Positions 57,682-64,000 of a DNA stretch of 64,000 nucleotides are shown here, piece after piece (within the stretch, counting starts at the first letter, position 1; each line of letters starts with the position of its first letter). This stretch comes from Candidatus Thorarchaeota archaeon. Its GTDB lineage: Archaea > Asgardarchaeota > Thorarchaeia > Thorarchaeales > Thorarchaeaceae. The position numbers and the translations under genes were made by a program. Under the pieces are notes generated by a model. It was given only the letters and a program-made list of their open reading frames with translations. It was not told the DNA's origin and did no database searches. The stretch is from positions 64,001 to 128,000 of the forward strand of contig JAWOEX010000039.1 in the NCBI GenBank assembly GCA_046482545.1. Reading direction: 5' to 3'.

Positions 57682-60438
57682 ATGAAAATGAAAAGAAGAT
57701 TTTTGCCCTTGGTTTGTATTGCTTTGTTCTTGGCAAGCGCAGTGATGCCATTAACAAGCCACCTAGACTACGAACAAGAAGAAGCATTGAACATACAACC
57801 GACATCGAAACGAACATTATCCCAAGGATCATCACATTACATGAAGATCCCTGTTTTCGCTGACGAGGCCGTTGTTTCAGGACACCCTGATAACAATTAT
57901 GATAGCAATGAGCATAAAGGAGGCCTTTTCGTTGGTTACGGCAGTATAGCTCTATATGCCCGTTCTTGGCTCTTGTTTGACTTGCACAATGTTCCCACAG
58001 ACATAGCACTAATCAAAGCAGAGCTAAGAGTGCATCTCAATGATAGGGTAGCGGATAGTGATGATCTTGCAATTGGTATGTACTATTCTTCAAATAGCAC
58101 TTGGAACGAGACAGACATCACTTGGAATAATCAACCGGATTTTGCAGCATCACCAACAACAGTACTAGATACTTCCTTTGAAATCCAAGAATGGTATTCA
58201 TTCGATGTTACAAACGATGTAATGACATCCTTGAACGGGGACAAGATGCTCTCTCAAGTCTTGAAGCAGGTAGACGAAACGCTGACAAACAAAACCTTCA
58301 AGTACTTCACAGAGAGGGAACATGATTACTTCAACGCATCCTATCTTGCTATCGAATATGAAGAGCCGGTAACTACGAATCTTGCAGTTGATGGCGAATC
58401 AAGCTCGCCGCACATCGATTACATAAAGAGTGATGATCCAACACTCAGCTGGGATGTTGAAGACACCATTGGTGATTTCCAGCGAGGTTATGAGGTAGAG
58501 ATGTGGAACAGCAGCTCTTTCAATGAAACGATGCACTTACTGCGACATAGCCCTAAGTCTATCCTCAATGTTCATGATACCGGGAGTACTGGCAATTTAA
58601 GACCATTCGGAACCGACTCAGGGATGCGATTTCAGTTCAAGTATAATGCAACAGAGCTATCAGGACCGGGAGTAATAGACAGATTGTGCTTCGATGTTGA
58701 TTCTGACGCTGAAAGACCGGTCTTTGAGAATCTTGAGATACTTCTGACCCATACCAACGTTTCGGGTGCTCTAGGTAGCGACTTTCAAGCCAATCTGGGT
58801 GGTGCAAGACCGACAACAGTGCTTTTCAGAGATATCTACAGCCCCGAAAATCATGATGGCTGGCTAGTCTTTGATGTGGAGAATTCATTCTTCCTAAATA
58901 AGCGCTACGACCTAATCATCGAGTTCAGATTCACCAACAACACTGGAGATCTTCTGGCTTCAAAACACTCGTCTGACCTAGAAGGCTCAGTTGCCTATAC
59001 TTGGGGTGTTGGTGCAGAGAAGAGCACTGATGCAGACTATGCCTTTGCACGAGAGCACAACTTGCGTATCGACCTTTCAAGTCAGAGTGTCTTTGAGGGA
59101 CTTGATTCAACGCAGAATAGCTATCCATTCGATGTTGAATTGGGAACGAGAGGCATCTTCCAAATCAAATATAACAAATCTCTATTGCCAAATCCGGGAA
59201 CCATCGACAGAATGTACTTCCCGGTCAATCAATTCTTTGGAGATGTTGTATATGAAAATTTCACCCTGAGAATCCTAGAAACCCCGATTGAAGGCGAACT
59301 CGATCATACTGATTTCGAGATCAATTATGGCGGTATTCAGCCAACAGTACTGATTGACAAGAGCCTGTATCGGATTCGAAATATTGGTGGAGTATTGGCG
59401 TTTGATTTCGAGAATGCGTTCCAAATAACTGGGGATTTCGATCTGCTCATTGAGATGACCTGGGACTCTCTCAAGGAAGGTGGGCTGACTGTCCGTCGAC
59501 AGCTTAATGCTGGAGTGTATCGAGCATATAACCTAACATTCACCGGCTCCAATTATGCGGGCAATGACACAAGAGGATATGATTTGCATCTAGATGTTGT
59601 TTACTCGCAAGAATCACTTGTATATGATGGGTGTTATGTTCTTGAGAATGCTACCAATTACTTCTGGAGAGTTCGAACCATGGACTCAACGGGAATTTGG
59701 GCCCCTTGGGAATCCCAACAATTCAAGTACGAGGTGCTCACCAGCGTTCCAGAATACAGCAATCTAAACTTCTCACCTAGTCCCCTTGTTGCTGGTCAAT
59801 CCGTGACCGTATCGATAGAGGTTACTTACTTCTTGAGCGTGAATGCTGTCTGGTTTGAGTTTGGTGGAACCAATCATTCTATGACAGGTGTTGGCGATTC
59901 CTACTCGTACACGTGGACGCCTGCATCAAATGGAACATTTCCGTACACGATCTACATGGAGAGCTACATCAACACTTGGAGTTCCACACAAAGTACTATC
60001 GACATTGTTAGAGCGCCGGATTGGACAGACCTTGTGTTTACCCCCGAACCTGGAGTGGTAGGACAAGAATTGACTGTTTCCATTACTGTCCAACATGATG
60101 ATGGAATAGATGGTGTTTGGTTTGAGTTTGATGGGATAAACTATACCATGACCTCTTCGGGTGATGTCTACTCTTATACATGGACGCCTGCATCAAATGG
60201 AACATTTCCGTACACAATCTACATGAACAGCTCGATTGGTACGTGGAATTCCACATCTGGCAACATAGTTATCGATCCAGCTCCTGACGCAACAACTACT
60301 GATACAACCACTACTGAAACAGACGATACAACTCCACCGATTGGAGCAACAATTGATACTAATCTAGGGTTGCTCATTGCCATTGTAGTTGGCGTAGTAG
60401 TAGTAGCGTTGATTATAATAGTTCGGCGTCGTGAATAG
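57682..60438 (+). CDS. Modular secreted surface protein (DNRLRE-like domain, split FN3-like domain, two tandem beta domains, two Ig-like repeats, Thr-rich linker, TM anchor)
   Basis: Signal peptide, ARSWLLFDL, WNETDITWNNQP, PTLSW/YFWRVR, repeated (R/I)FQ.KYN and VWFEF.G.N..MT...YSYTWTPASNGTFPYTIYM, TM + RRRE. Confidence 0.88.
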   Translation: MKMKRRFLPLVCIALFLASAVMPLTSHLDYEQEEALNIQPTSKRTLSQGSSHYMKIPVFADEAVVSGHPDNNYDSNEHKGGLFVGYGSIALYARSWLLFDLHNVPTDIALIKAELRVHLNDRVADSDDLAIGMYYSSNSTWNETDITWNNQPDFAASPTTVLDTSFEIQEWYSFDVTNDVMTSLNGDKMLSQVLKQVDETLTNKTFKYFTEREHDYFNASYLAIEYEEPVTTNLAVDGESSSPHIDYIKSDDPTLSWDVEDTIGDFQRGYEVEMWNSSSFNETMHLLRHSPKSILNVHDTGSTGNLRPFGTDSGMRFQFKYNATELSGPGVIDRLCFDVDSDAERPVFENLEILLTHTNVSGALGSDFQANLGGARPTTVLFRDIYSPENHDGWLVFDVENSFFLNKRYDLIIEFRFTNNTGDLLASKHSSDLEGSVAYTWGVGAEKSTDADYAFAREHNLRIDLSSQSVFEGLDSTQNSYPFDVELGTRGIFQIKYNKSLLPNPGTIDRMYFPVNQFFGDVVYENFTLRILETPIEGELDHTDFEINYGGIQPTVLIDKSLYRIRNIGGVLAFDFENAFQITGDFDLLIEMTWDSLKEGGLTVRRQLNAGVYRAYNLTFTGSNYAGNDTRGYDLHLDVVYSQESLVYDGCYVLENATNYFWRVRTMDSTGIWAPWESQQFKYEVLTSVPEYSNLNFSPSPLVAGQSVTVSIEVTYFLSVNAVWFEFGGTNHSMTGVGDSYSYTWTPASNGTFPYTIYMESYINTWSSTQSTIDIVRAPDWTDLVFTPEPGVVGQELTVSITVQHDDGIDGVWFEFDGINYTMTSSGDVYSYTWTPASNGTFPYTIYMNSSIGTWNSTSGNIVIDPAPDATTTDTTTTETDDTTPPIGATIDTNLGLLIAIVVGVVVVALIIIVRRRE
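59914..60215 (+). repeat. 35-nt exact intragenic direct repeat in the duplicated Ig-like domains
   Basis: TGGACGCCTGCATCAAATGGAACATTTCCGTACAC at 59914-59948 and 60181-60215. Confidence 0.9.
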
Positions 60439-60451
60439 TTTATCCACAGTA

Positions 60452-60490
60452 GGGTGAGCAAGGCATCTTGCTCATCCATCCATTATTTTT
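60452..60490 (+). terminator. Hairpin + T-tract after the surface protein gene
   Basis: GGGTGAGCAAG-gcat-CTTGCTCATCC then ATTATTTTT. Confidence 0.55.
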
Positions 60491-61062
60491 GTTCACCCAG
60501 ATTTGATCCCCAGGTTTCTATTTGTAGCTCAGCTCGTTAAATATCTCCTAGATAACCTGTTTCTTACACATTATGTGAACACAATCTGGTTGAAACTTCT
60601 AGGTTCCACCCGGCCCCCGTAAGTGTCACCACCTCCAGAATGGCCGAAGGCTTCCTTGTGGTCCTCGGGGACTCATCAAATATGGGCTATCCAAGATTTC
60701 TATTCCTCAGATTACAGGCAAGAGTATTTTTCTTGCTGGGAATAAGTTGGGCTGGTCGTATTAAATTAGGATTTATCGATACAATTATTGACTCAGCCCC
60801 AATGAGTCCAACAACGCGTTCCATAGGGGTCATTCGGTTGCTCCTTTTGGTCTGATGGTTTGAGCGTCTTTCAGGGTGGATTGGGAAAGGCAATCGGTAG
60901 AAAGATACCGGAAATCCAAACATCAAATCTACTCATGGGCCAATCAAAAGTATCTCTCTATGAAATTCCTTGAATGAGATTCTGCCCCATCTCTTTTAAC
61001 GAGAGAAAACCATCTTGTCATTATTCCAAAGGACTTAACGAGTCCTAGTGGGAAAAAGTACT

Positions 61063-61514
61063 ACGCACCTCTTGCCACAAATGATAGCAGGTAATATCTC
61101 AGGAGTTATTGGTGCTGCACTCTATGCCCTTTCTGTCACTGTCTACCTGAGTATGCAGAAGACAGTGATGCTATTGCTGTAGCGTCAATCAAAATGTGGA
61201 TAGATTTACCATGTCCAGCTATTCTGTGATTCATTCTCTTTTTCCAGCTTCGCCAACCATATCATTCGTCACTACGGTCTTTCTGGCACTGTCTTTCATT
61301 ATAGGTGCCGTGGTTGAAGGTACCGTGTATCTACTGAACCAAGAATGTATCGGGTATCAGTAGTGTTCCTGATATCCACAAGTCTTCCAGTGTTGACATA
61401 CATACTAACAGTATTGTTCCTTTGAGAACCGCTTATTCACTTTAAGATTGGCAGGTTCCATTGGGGCCTTTTGGGGTTATCAAAGCCTCACTAGAGCAAG
61501 ACAGAGGCGGCGAT
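61063..61514 (+). pseudogene. Degenerate partial copy of the EamA gene at 62570
   Basis: 61014-61514 aligns by eye with 62521-63025, including upstream CCAAAGGACTTAAC. ATG changed to ACG; frameshifts and stops; covers the first EamA repeat only. Confidence 0.85.
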
Positions 61515-61578
61515 TTGTTGAGGGGCCCTAATGTCGGTATCCTATAGTGTAAAAGTACCTCAAGACTGCAGAGTCAAC

Positions 61579-62484
61579 ATGACACTTCTCACCCAGGATC
61601 TTCTGATTGGCGTTTCTGCAGGATTGCTGGAGGCTGTTCTCTATGCTGCTTCGGTGACGGTATACAAATCACAGGAAGAGGGGATTCGGCCAATTGCAAC
61701 CAGCGCCATTAAGATTTGGGTGACCTTGGGTTTAATGACTACACTTGTTCTCGTTTTCTATGGAACACTACCGCTCTTCATGTCCCTGGGTACCTTATTC
61801 ATTCTCGCCCTATCAATTGTCGGACCTGTGATAGCAGATACACTTTATATTCAAGCCCAAGATAGAATTGGAGTTGCATTTGCTTTCCCAATTGCTTACG
61901 CATATCCGATTATGACGTATCTTCTCAGCGCTGCTTTCTTAGGAGAATCCCTACGTTTGACCAGGTTAGGGGGAGTCATCGTAGCGGTAGCAGGAATCGG
62001 TATCATCTCCTATGAGCGGAACAGGGAAACAGCTAAGGAGTTCAGATTAGAAGCTGGTCGTGTCGTCGGCATATTTCTCGCCATTTGTGCCCTGATTGGA
62101 TATGCAGTAGCTGTGGTATTGCTGCAAGTAGGACTGGAGGGTGTAGATCCCCTGCCGGCCAACTTCATTCGTTCCATTTTCGGTTCAATTGCGTTTCTGC
62201 CCATCTATGCAGGAGCTAGGATAAGTGGCATGAAGAAACCCAACCGACGATCCGCAGCAATCGTCGCTGTTGCCGCGCTGTTCGGATTCGGTTTAGGCTC
62301 ACTACTGTACACGATAGCAACCAAGTATGTTGGTGCAACCATCACTTCACTCCTCGATTCCATGGCCCCCATATTCGGTTTGGCCATTGCGGTCCCATTC
62401 CTAGGAGAAAAAGTCACCAAGAGAGTCATATTAGGAACCATCATGAGTGTAACAGGGGTCGCCATTGTCATCTTAGGATTTTGA
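61579..62484 (+). CDS. EamA/DMT family transporter (paralog 2)
   Basis: ADTLY..AQDRIGVA, LGEKVT; similar to the 56464 and 62570 proteins. Confidence 0.92.
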   Translation: MTLLTQDLLIGVSAGLLEAVLYAASVTVYKSQEEGIRPIATSAIKIWVTLGLMTTLVLVFYGTLPLFMSLGTLFILALSIVGPVIADTLYIQAQDRIGVAFAFPIAYAYPIMTYLLSAAFLGESLRLTRLGGVIVAVAGIGIISYERNRETAKEFRLEAGRVVGIFLAICALIGYAVAVVLLQVGLEGVDPLPANFIRSIFGSIAFLPIYAGARISGMKKPNRRSAAIVAVAALFGFGLGSLLYTIATKYVGATITSLLDSMAPIFGLAIAVPFLGEKVTKRVILGTIMSVTGVAIVILGF

Positions 62485-62569
62485 TGAGATGGTCATCTGC
62501 GTCGAATCAATCAAATGGACCTTGTCAACATCCCAAAGGACTTAACCACCCCTCAAGGAGAATCATGCT

Positions 62570-63472
62570 ATGCAGCTCTCGCCAGATATCATAGCAGGTA
62601 CTGTCTCAGGAGTTCTTGGTGCTGCGCTTTATGCCCTTTCTGTCACTGTCTATCGACGGTATGCAGACAACATCGATGCCATTGCGGTGGCTTCAATCAA
62701 AATGTGGATAGCATTACCATTTACAGCTGTTCTGGCACTCATTCTCTTTTTTCCAGCTTTACCAACCATATCATTCATGACCATGGTCTTTCTGGCTCTG
62801 TCAGTCATTCTAGGTGCAGTAGTTGGGGATACCATATACTTGGTGAGTCAAGAACGTATCGGAGTATCAATCGCGTTCCCGATATCTATGAGCTTCCCAG
62901 TCTTAACATATATACTGACAATATTCTTTCTTGGAGAAGCGCTTATCCCTGTAAGATTAGCAGGCACCATTGTGGCCGTTCTGGGTGTCATCATAATCTC
63001 ACGGGAACAAGACACAGGTGGTGATGAACATGAGAGTGAGGGTTATGATGTTCTCGGCATATTTCTTGCATTTCTCACGTCGGTATTGTATGCTACTGGA
63101 GCTGTCATACTTCAAGTTGGAGTCACTGATGTGGATCCGATATCAGGAAACTTGGTTAGAATCTTTTTTGGTTCAATTGCGTTCCTTCCACTTTTTGCTT
63201 TCGGTAGAAAAAGGGGCATGCGCATACCTCCATTGCGGGTAATCAAGGTCGTGGCAGTTGCCGCCCTTTTTGGAATGGCGATTGGTTCAATACTCTACGT
63301 TAATGCGACAAAGCTCCTGGGGGCAGCTACTACATCTGTCATTGTCTCATCAGCCCCGATCTTTGCAGTTCCAGTATCCGTGAAGTACCTCAATGAGCGG
63401 GTGACTCCGCGCATGGTCATTGGTATCATCGCCACTATTCTTGGTGTCGCACTAGTAGTTCTGACTTCGTAG
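62570..63472 (+). CDS. EamA/DMT family transporter (paralog 3)
   Basis: GDTIYLVSQERIGVS, LNERVT. Confidence 0.92.
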   Translation: MQLSPDIIAGTVSGVLGAALYALSVTVYRRYADNIDAIAVASIKMWIALPFTAVLALILFFPALPTISFMTMVFLALSVILGAVVGDTIYLVSQERIGVSIAFPISMSFPVLTYILTIFFLGEALIPVRLAGTIVAVLGVIIISREQDTGGDEHESEGYDVLGIFLAFLTSVLYATGAVILQVGVTDVDPISGNLVRIFFGSIAFLPLFAFGRKRGMRIPPLRVIKVVAVAALFGMAIGSILYVNATKLLGAATTSVIVSSAPIFAVPVSVKYLNERVTPRMVIGIIATILGVALVVLTS

Positions 63473-63542
63473 ATTTCGAATATCAGGCGAAAACAGAAGT
63501 GCTTATTTCATACAGAAAGGAATGTATTAGCTGTGCTGTAGA

Positions 63543-64000
63543 ATGAGTAACGAAATCGTCGAATACATAGAGAACCATCTAGAAGACGCCATTGAGGATC
63601 TCGGTGAATTGTGCTCGATTCCATCAGTTGCTGCAAAGGGAGAACATATGAAAGAGGCTGCCGGTAAAACCAAGCATCTATTTGAATCAGCCGGCTTAGA
63701 AACATCCATTCAGCAAACATCAGGGTTTCCAGTCGTCGTTGGTGAACTCGACGTAGGTGCTGAGAAGACACTTCTGTTCTACGATCATTATGATGTCCAA
63801 CCTGCAGAGCCATTCGACCTTTGGGATACGCCACCCTTTGAATTGAACCGGCGAGATGGAAGGCTGTACGGTAGGGGAGTTGCTGACAACAAAGGAGACC
63901 TCATAACCCGTGTTTGGGCTCTCAAGGCATTCCAAGATAGTGCTACCGATTTGCCGGTCAACATCAAATTCATGGCGGAAGGTGAGGAAGAGATTGGTAG
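63543..64000 (+). CDS. M20 dipeptidase (CNDP/Dug1-like), partial at the window end
   Basis: MSNEIVEYIENH..., SIPSV, YDHYDVQP, YGRGVADNKG, EGEEEIG; open to the window end; not in the ORF track. Confidence 0.92.
   Translation, partial: MSNEIVEYIENHLEDAIEDLGELCSIPSVAAKGEHMKEAAGKTKHLFESAGLETSIQQTSGFPVVVGELDVGAEKTLLFYDHYDVQPAEPFDLWDTPPFELNRRDGRLYGRGVADNKGDLITRVWALKAFQDSATDLPVNIKFMAEGEEEIG

Noticed and set aside
59914-60215. 35-nt direct repeat as a CRISPR or DGR template/variable repeat
   Set aside because: Only two copies, in frame within duplicated protein domains; no spacer array, cas gene or reverse transcriptase.
60490-61010. Short ORFs in the gap before the EamA pseudogene
   Set aside because: No frame gives a recognisable protein; possibly decayed coding DNA, but this is unsupported.
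740-63973. Numerous 60-180 aa ORFs antisense to or overlapping long genes
   Set aside because: Shadow ORFs of well-supported CDS, with no motifs of their own.

Overview
Gene-dense archaeal chromosome segment, roughly 45% GC by eye. It is most consistent with an Asgard archaeon of the Thorarchaeota type. This is inference from the archaeal-type HHDLKN PAS histidine kinase, C-terminally anchored family-5 solute-binding proteins, membrane Zn-ribbon proteins, HepT/MntA and AbrB/VapC modules, Lrp plus a stand-alone ligand-binding domain, and a heavy peptide-degradation load. About 50 CDS are present. No rRNA, tRNA, CRISPR array or transposase was found. Main blocks: (1) a GC-rich, ~150-nt multibranch structured RNA candidate at 233-382 and a multi-PAS kinase; (2) a bacterial-type class I GAPDH and a circularly permuted family-5 solute-binding protein; (3) an RPH/PigC-type small-molecule dikinase, tightly coupled to a beta-barrel partner and followed by an alkaline-phosphatase-superfamily enzyme; (4) peptidases (M3B, TldD/TldE, an M48 with an EF-hand-like insert, M20), a rubredoxin, a large surface protein and two TA modules, one of them decaying; (5) a ~19-kb amide/omega-amino-acid catabolic island (deacetylase, SDR, M20, amidohydrolase, C45, nitrilase, class III aminotransferase, CoA-acylating (methyl)malonate semialdehyde dehydrogenase, Opp/Dpp transporter with fused permeases, Lrp regulators); (6) an EamA/DMT paralog array with a pseudogene, and a modular secreted protein. 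The best candidates for undescribed biology are the structured RNA, the dikinase/beta-barrel module, the permuted SBP, the EF-hand M48 and the catabolic island. All functional calls come from motif recognition without database searches.
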